Shown here: positions 1-7,029 of the stretch, one piece after another | Numbering within the stretch: position 1 is the first letter of the stretch | Layout of the letters: each line of letters starts with the position of its first letter | IMG/VR virus record: IMGVR_UViG_3300025543_000209 | Location: 1 to 24,167 of that record | Source: a virus | Lineage: Duplodnaviria > Caudoviricetes | Length of the DNA: 24,167 nt | Reading direction: 5' to 3' (one strand) | Program-made: the position numbers and the translations under genes | Notes under the pieces: model-generated | The model's input: the letters and a program-made list of their open reading frames with translations, nothing else | Told to the model about the DNA's origin: nothing | The model's database searches: none

Positions 1-1
1 G

Positions 2-367
2 TTACTTTATCTTTGTTCTCTTGTCCACGGTCCTTACTGCAAAGTACCCGCCTATCACTGTTACGCTTACCAACTCCCATAATCCAATCCATCTTTCGTT
101 AACACTACTAATACCAAAGCCTTCAAAGAAGGTCATAAGTACAAGGAATATCATAACAGTTGCAAGGGTTAGTGGCCTAACGTTTTTACTTAACCAAGAA
201 TCGGTAAGGCTATCGGCCTGCCAACGCTTGGTAATCTCTTGTTCTATGCTCTGACGCACAGCTTCTTTCTCTTCGGGTGTAGATACAAATCTATCTACCG
301 CATTGGCAACTGCTTCCACAGTTTCCTTCGCACTCCCCGTAAATAGTTTCGTTATTGGATTTCCCAT
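2..367 (-). CDS. Holin (3TM/GTA-holin-like)
   Basis: Amphipathic N-terminus, DSWLSKNVRP motif, hydrophobic helices, GGYF..R..DK and a basic C-tail; downstream of the endolysin. ATG 367 (MGNPITK) preferred over the 382 start. Confidence 0.75.
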   Translation of the reverse strand: MGNPITKLFTGSAKETVEAVANAVDRFVSTPEEKEAVRQSIEQEITKRWQADSLTDSWLSKNVRPLTLATVMIFLVLMTFFEGFGISSVNERWIGLWELVSVTVIGGYFAVRTVDKRTKIK

Positions 368-369
368 AA

Positions 370-495
370 TTAGCTGCCGCAAGCTTCACACTCTGGATTA
401 TCAATGGAGCATTGAGCATTATCATTTTTCTCGTCATTAGATAGTTCGTCTACGAAGTCAGCGAATGAGTCGCTTACATCAAAATCATTTTTCAT
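370..495 (-). CDS. 41-aa acidic micro-protein with C-terminal CSIDNPECEACGS motif
   Basis: Not in the ORF track; translated by hand: MKNDFDVSDSFADFVDELSNDEKNDNAQCSIDNPECEACGS. TAATG coupling to the endolysin stop; fills the gap to the holin. Confidence 0.8.
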   Translation of the reverse strand: MKNDFDVSDSFADFVDELSNDEKNDNAQCSIDNPECEACGS

Positions 496-872
496 TAGTA
501 GGTCCAAATTACATCTTCATTCTTACTTGGGTCATCATCAACGTGGATAAAGTTTTTAGCCACACCAATACGATTAAACCCAGCTTGAAGAAGAGAGTTA
601 ATAATAATATATTTTTGTCTTGAGGTAGGTGCGTAGATATCTACAGCGTGTCCAAGCGTATGACTTGAATTAGGAACTCCTCCTACCTTCTCATTATGTT
701 CAGGAGTTCTGTATCCACTTGTAATTTTAAATCCAATAGCTGCGAGTTCACGAGCCTTGGTTAGCTTGTTAAGAAAAGGCACACTCATTTGCTGGTAGCT
801 ACCTTTCTCATCGGGTGAATCAAACTCACCATACTCAAAGAACATATGAAATGCTCTTGTTAATCCTTCCAT
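495..872 (-). CDS. Endolysin, peptidase M15 family (Zn peptidase)
   Basis: ITSGYR..HN..VGG..NSSH..G.AVDI and FIHVD Zn-ligand motifs; in a cassette with the holin. Confidence 0.9.
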   Translation of the reverse strand: MEGLTRAFHMFFEYGEFDSPDEKGSYQQMSVPFLNKLTKARELAAIGFKITSGYRTPEHNEKVGGVPNSSHTLGHAVDIYAPTSRQKYIIINSLLQAGFNRIGVAKNFIHVDDDPSKNEDVIWTY

Positions 873-874
873 AG

Positions 875-1030
875 TTATTTTACTTTTTTAATTTCCGATG
901 TCCAAGAAGTGTAGCACACTCCTAATCTTTGTGATGTGTCGGGGTATTCCTCAATCATTTTAGGATTACTCATACATCTTTCAATAAATTCAGGTCTTGT
1001 TTCCTTTAGGTTCGGAACAGGTATCGGCAT
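875..1030 (-). CDS. Small phage hypothetical protein (MPIP..E...FI.RCM...EYPD..QR..VC)
   Basis: ATG 1030 preferred over 1090; pattern recalled from small proteins of aquatic phages. Confidence 0.7.
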   Translation of the reverse strand: MPIPVPNLKETRPEFIERCMSNPKMIEEYPDTSQRLGVCYTSWTSEIKKVK

Positions 1031-1051
1031 TGTCGTTAGTATTAGAGTTAG

Positions 1052-1084
1052 AAAAAAGAGGCTCGTCCCAATAAAGGAAGAGCC
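1052..1084 (-). terminator. Possible intrinsic terminator/attenuator ahead of the lysis cassette
   Basis: Minus strand GGCTC-T-TCC...GGA-C-GAGCC stem followed by TC-TTTTTT; imperfect stem. Confidence 0.4.
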
Positions 1085-1113
1085 AACCACTGTTATAATT
1101 TACATTTTTCTCT

Positions 1114-1362
1114 TTACTCATTAACTAACTTTCGGTAAGACAGCTCTGCGATAAAAGCTGTATAAATGGCGTATAAGGGATTAACTCCAAGGTAACTATA
1201 CAAGAGTAGGCTACACCAAAAAGAAAGGCACAGAACGCAGTTAAATGGCTTAAAAGGCAATACTCTTTCCATCACCCAACCATAGGGTTCAAAAATAAAA
1301 AGAAAACTAAACATTAATCCTACCGAACTGACAAGTATCCAATCGTTATAAATATCCATCAT
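1114..1362 (-). CDS. Small membrane protein with KPFNCxxCLSFW motif (DUF1360-like)
   Basis: Two to three hydrophobic segments and a CxxC; ATGA overlap with the upstream gene. Confidence 0.65.
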   Translation of the reverse strand: MMDIYNDWILVSSVGLMFSFLFIFEPYGWVMERVLPFKPFNCVLCLSFWCSLLLYSYLGVNPLYAIYTAFIAELSYRKLVNE

Positions 1363-1763
1363 AATTTCTCACTTAAATAATCATCCTTAATGTAGCGTTT
1401 TAATTTGGTAACGCTCTCACCATCCTCTATATAGGTGAGGTAACCTTTTATGTTGTGACCATAGACATCACTGTGGTTAAGTGATACTATCTTGTTAGTC
1501 ATTGTTGAGTATATAATACTAATAATTAGATTTGCAGCAGACTTGCCTCTCTTGTAATAATGCAGGAATTTTTCACAGGTCCTCATTACAGCGGCGTCGA
1601 TCAACGCCTGCTTGAGTTCTTCGCTACCATCAGTGACAAATGCGGATCCCGCAACCTCTATGCTCCGCTGTAGTATGAAATTACCCAGCTCTTCAGACAA
1701 CTTACCCTCTTTCTCGGAGCGTATAGCTTCTTTTTCAATTAGAGCTTTGTCGTACCTCGGCAT
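1359..1763 (-). CDS. Putative sigma-70 region-2-only factor (T4 gp55-like late sigma)
   Basis: Pattern GKLSEELGNFILQRS...EELKQALIDAAVMRTCEKFLHYYKRGKSAANLIISII resembles recalled gp55/sigma region 2 architecture; no region 4. Confidence 0.5.
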   Translation of the reverse strand: MPRYDKALIEKEAIRSEKEGKLSEELGNFILQRSIEVAGSAFVTDGSEELKQALIDAAVMRTCEKFLHYYKRGKSAANLIISIIYSTMTNKIVSLNHSDVYGHNIKGYLTYIEDGESVTKLKRYIKDDYLSEKL

Positions 1764-1968
1764 ATTCTTCCTCTACTTTAGTTAATATAGTTACGATAGT
1801 AGGTAAGTAATCAGCGAGTTCTTGAGGGCTTACGCCAAGCTCAAATCCCAGTCGCACCAATGTAACTGACTGGTCGTAGTATACCAAAGAGTCGATGACC
1901 CGATATATATCGAGAATGAAATCTGCTTCATCTGCACTTAGATCTTCGTAGTAATTTTCAGTCCACAT
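1735..1968 (-). CDS. Small helical/HTH-like protein (possible gp33-like co-activator)
   Basis: ATG 1968 (MWTENYY) just after the upstream stop; LVRLGFELGVSPQELADYLP helix-turn-helix pattern. Confidence 0.45.
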   Translation of the reverse strand: MWTENYYEDLSADEADFILDIYRVIDSLVYYDQSVTLVRLGFELGVSPQELADYLPTIVTILTKVEEEYAEVRQSSN

Positions 1969-1969
1969 A

Positions 1970-2176
1970 TTAATAAGAGGAGCGAAGCCTTTCAGCCTTT
2001 TCTGGATCAAGCTCTGCAATTAATTCAATGTATTCCTTTTCCCTTCTATAAGCATCTTGAATCTCTTCTACAGTAGAATCTGTACCTATATAAGTAAAGA
2101 GTCGAGCCATCTCATAGAGATAAAGGTCGATTCTATTCTTAATTAATTTACAAGTCTGGTAGTTCCTTGTATCCAT
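1970..2176 (-). CDS. Hypothetical protein (GTDST motif)
   Basis: Tight operon packing; GTDST..E motif recalled from small Bacteroidota phage proteins. Confidence 0.6.
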   Translation of the reverse strand: MDTRNYQTCKLIKNRIDLYLYEMARLFTYIGTDSTVEEIQDAYRREKEYIELIAELDPEKAERLRSSY

Positions 2177-2543
2177 AAAGCTTTAAACTAACAAGGATTT
2201 CGTTCTTCTCAACATCTTCTCCATCATCAGCAACACGAATGCTAAGGCCTTTGAAGTATTTCTTAGAATCATCTGTGACATAGCCGTTGTCTTTAAGATA
2301 GTCCGAGATAAACTTAATGGTAATAATAACATTATCGCAATCATAGCGAGTGTTATGAACGAGATCAATCTTATAGGTATCAGCAAAAAACTTATCATAC
2401 CTATCAAAAACGTTTTTAATTTCTGCATTGTATTCTTTTTTATATTTCTGTCTTACTGAGTAGTGGCGACCAGCATAGAACTGGTTAAGACTTGGAGCCT
2501 TTGGTAGCAAAAACCTTACCTCCCTGTAGTCTTCTTTACTCAT
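2148..2543 (-). CDS. RusA-like Holliday junction resolvase
   Basis: PSLN..Y, D.DN, K...D.L...G...DDS catalytic Asp pattern. Confidence 0.75.
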   Translation of the reverse strand: MSKEDYREVRFLLPKAPSLNQFYAGRHYSVRQKYKKEYNAEIKNVFDRYDKFFADTYKIDLVHNTRYDCDNVIITIKFISDYLKDNGYVTDDSKKYFKGLSIRVADDGEDVEKNEILVSLKLYGYKELPDL

Positions 2544-2934
2544 ATTTCTTTGAATTACTTATATTAAAATATCCCACCTCCTTATCTACGAACTGGCGCT
2601 GACTGAAGTGGGATGTCTTTGGCATACCTCTGGTTTCCCATTGAGGCTGAGGTAGTGAAGCGAGATTAAAAGCGAATATACCTTCGGGAGTTTGACAAAT
2701 GTATACTGGTATTGTAAGGTACTTTTGCGCTCTCATAAGGAGCTTATCGTACTTGTACTTCTCTATCAGTAGTTCGTCGTAGTGCTTGTTTCTACACTTA
2801 AGTTCTATATCACACTCATACTTAACAGAGTAGCAATCGTAGTGCGAGAACTCGTGACCGGACCATTCAAGGTCCTGTATGTAGTTAGACTTTAGGTGAT
2901 TGAATAACTCTTTTTCATTCTTCTTCCAACTCAT
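2536..2934 (-). CDS. PD-(D/E)XK family endonuclease
   Basis: E...YD.....IELKCR..HYD.LLIE..KYD motif. Confidence 0.7.
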   Translation of the reverse strand: MSWKKNEKELFNHLKSNYIQDLEWSGHEFSHYDCYSVKYECDIELKCRNKHYDELLIEKYKYDKLLMRAQKYLTIPVYICQTPEGIFAFNLASLPQPQWETRGMPKTSHFSQRQFVDKEVGYFNISNSKKYE

Positions 2935-3193
2935 TCTCTTGGTGTATAGCGATCTTCAAGAGGATAAGGTATCCTATCAAGTCCTGCACAGTATCTTCAG
3001 TGGCGTCGGTAATGCCTCGGCTCTTGATACGCATAAGCTTATCATCGATCCGGGCACATAGGCTTTCAATGGCGTTACCTCTCGAGAAGATGCCTACGGG
3101 GTTAAGAGCCGAGTCCCCGTAAGCAGCGTTCTTCTCTAAGAGTAGATTAGTTACCTCTTGAGAGGTTTTTATAATCAATTCTTTTGTGTTCAT
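2915..3193 (-). CDS. DUF1599 / nucleotide-modification-associated domain 1 protein
   Basis: KN..YGDS, RI.DKL.RI and EDT..DL.GY.IL motifs. Confidence 0.8.
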   Translation of the reverse strand: MNTKELIIKTSQEVTNLLLEKNAAYGDSALNPVGIFSRGNAIESLCARIDDKLMRIKSRGITDATEDTVQDLIGYLILLKIAIHQENELEEE

Positions 3194-3211
3194 ATAGTAA
3201 ATATAATGAAA

Positions 3212-3481
3212 TTAATCAAGTAATCCGACCTCAAATTTATAAACTTTTCTACGGCCCTCATTTTCAATGACCATACGCCCGTTCGTAGGGTTAAAGAATA
3301 TATACCGCTCAGATATTCCGGTGTAGTCCGTTATGTCAACTTTGTAGTCTTTGCCCTTGATCTTGATGATGTTATAATCTACGACCTCAACATCGTCTAC
3401 AAGGTTGAACTTTATGTAGGCGCGAATCATCTCGCACCAACTCTTTCTATAGGCTTCTGCCCAACTTCTTTCTGCTTCCAT
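3212..3481 (-). CDS. Hypothetical protein
   Basis: TAATG coupling to the helicase stop. Confidence 0.65.
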   Translation of the reverse strand: MEAERSWAEAYRKSWCEMIRAYIKFNLVDDVEVVDYNIIKIKGKDYKVDITDYTGISERYIFFNPTNGRMVIENEGRRKVYKFEVGLLD

Positions 3482-4452
3482 TAAAATTCTAATTCTTCTT
3501 GTGATGGTGTAGGTATAACTGGTGTTGGCTTATCGGGATTGTCATAGGCAAATCGCTTACCTCCGAACTCATCCAGCTCATAGTATCTATTCTTTACTTT
3601 ATCGTAGTATAGTGTAACACTACCTAACTTACCTACAATCTTTGGCTTTGCTTTAACAACAGTGATCTCTACTTGATTAGGCTCGTAAGGAACGCCGTTA
3701 GCATCCTCAAGTCCATACGGACATCTCCATACATTTATGATCATCATACCCTTTCTGGACCACTGCATACCTCCAGCGATATCGTTCATTGTAGGCTTAT
3801 CTACATAGGGTATACCATTCTTATACTTAGCTTGCTGGTGCTTTGTATGAACGGTAACTATTGTGTGGTAGTTATTATCACTACTATGCTTGCGTACTTT
3901 AGTCAGCACTTGGCCAATAGCGATATCGTCTCTAACTCCAGCACTTACATCTGTCTTAATCTCCGTAAACGGATCTATAAGACATCCATCTATTGTTATA
4001 CCTTTACTTTCTATCTCACTGACGCAAGTATAGAAACCCTCTACGCTGAGGTCCTGTAGACCGGAGTCTATGATATAGAAGTGTTTGTTGATAAATTCCA
4101 CTGCTCTTTCAGCCTCTTCATTAGAAGCAGTTACCTTGTCGTTAACGAGATAAGGCTTACGCAGATATACCCAAAGTAGTTCTGCGAACACTTCGGTAGG
4201 TGATCCAGTCTCCGGGCTATACACGGCCCAAGTCCAACCCGAATATTCTGATAGGTTCATCATCAGTTCAAATCCAAACTGGGATTTACCTTGGTGGGCA
4301 CCAGCATAGATATATGTGGTAGATCCCTTCTTTACGGAATACTTGTCAAACAGGGAATCAAATCCCGTCCAAGCTCCTTTGCTTACTCCGTTCTCACGAA
4401 GTTGTGTTAGTGAATCCTTTAACTCCTCGGCTCTATAGATAAAGTTTCTCAT
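3481..4452 (-). CDS. Superfamily 4 (DnaB/T7 gp4-like) replicative helicase, no primase domain
   Basis: TGF..L motif, Walker A AGAHQGKS, YSPE, Walker B CLIDPF, VH, DIAGG and K.K arginine-finger region. Confidence 0.85.
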   Translation of the reverse strand: MRNFIYRAEELKDSLTQLRENGVSKGAWTGFDSLFDKYSVKKGSTTYIYAGAHQGKSQFGFELMMNLSEYSGWTWAVYSPETGSPTEVFAELLWVYLRKPYLVNDKVTASNEEAERAVEFINKHFYIIDSGLQDLSVEGFYTCVSEIESKGITIDGCLIDPFTEIKTDVSAGVRDDIAIGQVLTKVRKHSSDNNYHTIVTVHTKHQQAKYKNGIPYVDKPTMNDIAGGMQWSRKGMMIINVWRCPYGLEDANGVPYEPNQVEITVVKAKPKIVGKLGSVTLYYDKVKNRYYELDEFGGKRFAYDNPDKPTPVIPTPSQEELEF

Positions 4453-4470
4453 CGTTATTTATTTAGTTAA

Positions 4471-4764
4471 TTATAAATAGACTTCATTAAAGTCTTCCAT
4501 CCAAATTGGTGTTTTCTTTCCTACATAAGCACCAAATATATTGTACTCAGCAAACTCAATGCAGTCACTCTCACTCCATTCGTCGTTCTGCATAAACAAT
4601 TGACGCACCACATCGTACTTGGAATACACTACGCGCCACGAGGCTTCATCAAAACCTACTATGCAATCATCATATCCATCCGCAAAGAGAACGTCCTCTG
4701 TAGGAGCGAACAGCTCTTCTATTAGAATACGGTTTCTACTCTTCTTTTCCAAATTCTCTTTCAT
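4471..4764 (-). CDS. Conserved phage hypothetical protein
   Basis: LFADGYDDCIVG, VVYS, EF..YNI.GAYVG..TP motif recalled from aquatic phages; ATG 4764 preferred. Confidence 0.7.
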   Translation of the reverse strand: MKENLEKKSRNRILIEELFAPTEDVLFADGYDDCIVGFDEASWRVVYSKYDVVRQLFMQNDEWSESDCIEFAEYNIFGAYVGKKTPIWMEDFNEVYL

Positions 4765-5050
4765 AATCTCCTTCTTTATGTGCAAAGCTTCTACTTACTT
4801 CTTTTCTAAAATACTCTTCTTTAACGTGGAAGTCATAAACCTTTTTACCAGTCAGCTTTAAAGAAGCCATTATATTCATTATCATTTCCGGTGAAGAGTT
4901 GATGTCTTCAATAGACTTCATTCTGGTTGGGATCTCTATCGTTCTGTAGTTATTGATATAACCGTTACCCCTCTTTATTTTGTAGGCTAACTTTAAACCT
5001 ACAAGGTAAATCATTTGCCCTTCTTCGCTGGGCTTTTGCTGTTGTTCCAT
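4736..5050 (-). CDS. Hypothetical protein
   Basis: Operon context; alternative start at ATG 5014 (ATGA overlap). Confidence 0.6.
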   Translation of the reverse strand: MEQQQKPSEEGQMIYLVGLKLAYKIKRGNGYINNYRTIEIPTRMKSIEDINSSPEMIMNIMASLKLTGKKVYDFHVKEEYFRKEVSRSFAHKEGDYEREFGKEE

Positions 5051-5154
5051 TTATTAATCTGTTTAAGTTTCTTAGCTTTCTTCACCTTACGTTGTTGCTT
5101 TAGGTCTTCGAAATATTCTTTCTCCCAGTTATCTTCGTGAGGTATGTATCTCAT
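5011..5154 (-). CDS. 47-aa basic hypothetical protein
   Basis: Hand translation MRYIPHEDNWEKEYFEDLKQQRKVKKAKKLKQINKWNNSKSPAKKGK; ATGA overlap with the upstream ORF. Confidence 0.55.
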   Translation of the reverse strand: MRYIPHEDNWEKEYFEDLKQQRKVKKAKKLKQINKWNNSKSPAKKGK

Positions 5155-5300
5155 TCCTTTTTAGGCTTAATGGTTTTAAGGATATCATTATCAATAGTAA
5201 GGTAAGAGAAGTATATATCTTTGTTGTTCCCGTATACATACTTCTTTCTATCTTCTGCTGTCATATCAATTAAAGCAAATAACTCTGTGAGCCTTCCCAT
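5151..5300 (-). CDS. 49-aa hypothetical protein
   Basis: Hand translation MGRLTELFALIDMTAEDRKKYVYGNNKDIYFSYLTIDNDILKTIKPKKE; TGATG and ATGA couplings at its ends. Confidence 0.6.
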   Translation of the reverse strand: MGRLTELFALIDMTAEDRKKYVYGNNKDIYFSYLTIDNDILKTIKPKKE

Positions 5301-5509
5301 CACATCATTATTAATCTTAACCTACGTTGGTACTTTCGGATCAACAAGGCAGAATTTGTTAATTGATTCTGTAAGTCACTGGTCCAACCGAACCTACTTG
5401 CGTGAAGGGAAAGGTTTACATTGTCCAACATCAACATCTCCAGATATTTCTCTACCTCACGTATGTGGCGTTTCTTTCTGTTGTAAGATTTAATCGTACT
5501 CAATACCAT
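5300..5509 (-). CDS. Hypothetical protein
   Basis: Overlapping operon packing; helical, basic. Confidence 0.6.
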   Translation of the reverse strand: MVLSTIKSYNRKKRHIREVEKYLEMLMLDNVNLSLHASRFGWTSDLQNQLTNSALLIRKYQRRLRLIMM

Positions 5510-5663
5510 ATTCTGTTAAGTCTCTTTCGCATAGATGAACAATGCGGTTGTACAATTCTGATTTAACCTTTGTCTTTTTAGCATTAGCCATTGCGTAACT
5601 GCGTATACTGCTAATTACCCTTTTGCTTCCGCTTGTTCTTTTGGGTTGATAGTTTGTTTTCAT
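5490..5663 (-). CDS. Hypothetical basic protein
   Basis: ATG 5663 (MKTNYQPK) preferred over the 5693 start. Confidence 0.55.
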   Translation of the reverse strand: MKTNYQPKRTSGSKRVISSIRSYAMANAKKTKVKSELYNRIVHLCERDLTEYGIEYD

Positions 5664-5822
5664 AAGCAAATTTATTTGCGGTGAGGAGTGCAACGACTCA
5701 TCTCTCTTTTGTTTTAAAGGTTTTTAATTTGCGCCTATTATTATTGGTGTGCGCCTATTTTTATATGCTTGAAGTATCATTAATGTTACAAATAAGCAGA
5801 TTGTAATCTGTTTATTGATACA

Positions 5823-6017
5823 TTACACTCGTAAGGTTTTACATCTGGGATAGGTGCAGTTGTTATTGAGCGTACAACTCTCACCTTCTCTTTTGATGTG
5901 CTTACACTTTTCTAATTTCTCAAGCGTGTCCTTCAGTATCACATTCCAAGACCACTTGTCCTTGTCAGCGTTCCAAAGTTTCTCGTACATCTCAAGTAAT
6001 ATCTCTCTATTTGTCAT
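5823..6017 (-). CDS. Hypothetical protein with 4-Cys C-terminus
   Basis: CKHIKREGESCTLNNNCTYPRC; possible Zn binding. Confidence 0.55.
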   Translation of the reverse strand: MTNREILLEMYEKLWNADKDKWSWNVILKDTLEKLEKCKHIKREGESCTLNNNCTYPRCKTLRV

Positions 6018-6094
6018 TTTACCCTTGTTTTGTTACAAACAATTAACATTTTTACCCTTATTTTGTGACAATTTAAGGTTCATCGTTGTGAGGA

Positions 6095-6235
6095 TTATAA
6101 ATCCTTTTCTATGTTCTGGCGTTCTACATACCTGCGCCACATATTAGCAGCCCAAGCCTTTCTCTGTTGCTTGTTAGGATACACCTTCTTTAACCTCGCA
6201 TTAGCAATGCGTAGGAATTGATTCATCTTATTCAT
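6095..6235 (-). CDS. 46-aa basic hypothetical protein
   Basis: Hand translation MNKMNQFLRIANARLKKVYPNKQQRKAWAANMWRRYVERQNIEKDL; A/T-rich leader. Confidence 0.6.
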   Translation of the reverse strand: MNKMNQFLRIANARLKKVYPNKQQRKAWAANMWRRYVERQNIEKDL

Positions 6236-6247
6236 AGTAATTAATTT

Positions 6248-6316
6248 TGGAGGGGAGAGGGGAATCGAACCCCTCTATTAACCTACTCCGCAGTAAAGCT
6301 ATTTGCCTTTTCCCCT
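6248..6316 (-). ncRNA. tRNA-like element (T-arm, acceptor stem and CCA present; D and anticodon arms non-canonical)
   Basis: AGGGG...AGAGGGG-TTCGATT-CCCCTCT-CCCCT-CCA. Confidence 0.5.
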
Positions 6317-6323
6317 TTGACGT

Positions 6324-6572
6324 TTAAAACAAGTCGTCGTCTTGAGTGTTAGCTGCTGCACCCGGAGCTGGTTTCTTTTGCTCCAATTCAGCATACATAC
6401 CACCGTCTCTCTTGCTTAAGAGATTGATGTTCACCCAACCGCGATCGTTTAGGTTGCCCGACAATAGGTCGATGTCTTTCTGGCTAAAGCCAACATTGAT
6501 GATCTGACCATACTTACCCTCTTTAACGCGGGTGCTTCCTACGAAGACTTTGTCCTTTCTGTCTTGTGACAT
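6324..6572 (-). CDS. Putative single-stranded DNA-binding protein
   Basis: Small beta-rich core (FVGS, WVNINL, YAELE), P/A linker, acidic tail QDDDLF; located in the recombination module. Confidence 0.65.
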   Translation of the reverse strand: MSQDRKDKVFVGSTRVKEGKYGQIINVGFSQKDIDLLSGNLNDRGWVNINLLSKRDGGMYAELEQKKPAPGAAANTQDDDLF

Positions 6573-6603
6573 AACTAATTAAATTAAAGGATTAAAAAAA
6601 TAC

Positions 6604-7029
6604 TTATTCAAGAATCAATTTTGAGAGGTGATTCACCCTCTGTTCTAAACGCGCAACTCTCGAGTTCATATTATCTACCGCTTGCGATAGATCGCCATTC
6701 TCCTCCGAGGTGTGCTTAAGGATGCCTTTGAGTTTGTTATAGTTAAAACTATACATACCATCGGCCATTCGGTTTTCGTGGGAATGGATGTACTCATACG
6801 CCATACGCTGACTAACACCCAAAACTTTACCGACTTCCGTACTTGCGTACTCTTGTTCCGATAACACCCGTGCGATCAGCGCACGAGCGGTAACTACCTT
6901 TCTGTTCTTGCTATTCTCTACGATCTTATCTACTGGGACATCCATAAGATTACAGGCAGTCTCAATAATAAATCTCTCAAGGGGACTATAGTTCTCCCAC
7001 AATAGCATAGTACGGTCTAAACTCTCCAT
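6604..7029 (-). CDS. DnaA domain IV-like HTH protein with coiled-coil tail
   Basis: V..I...SK.RKVV.AR.LI......EVGKVLG.S pattern. Confidence 0.6.
   Translation of the reverse strand: MESLDRTMLLWENYSPLERFIIETACNLMDVPVDKIVENSKNRKVVTARALIARVLSEQEYASTEVGKVLGVSQRMAYEYIHSHENRMADGMYSFNYNKLKGILKHTSEENGDLSQAVDNMNSRVARLEQRVNHLSKLILE

Noticed and set aside
3195-3230. Promoter TATATTTA before the DUF1599 gene
   Set aside because: Mismatched -7 element and no TTG at the expected spacing.
6248-6316. Functional decoding tRNA
   Set aside because: No canonical D-loop or 7-nt anticodon loop; kept only as a tRNA-like element.
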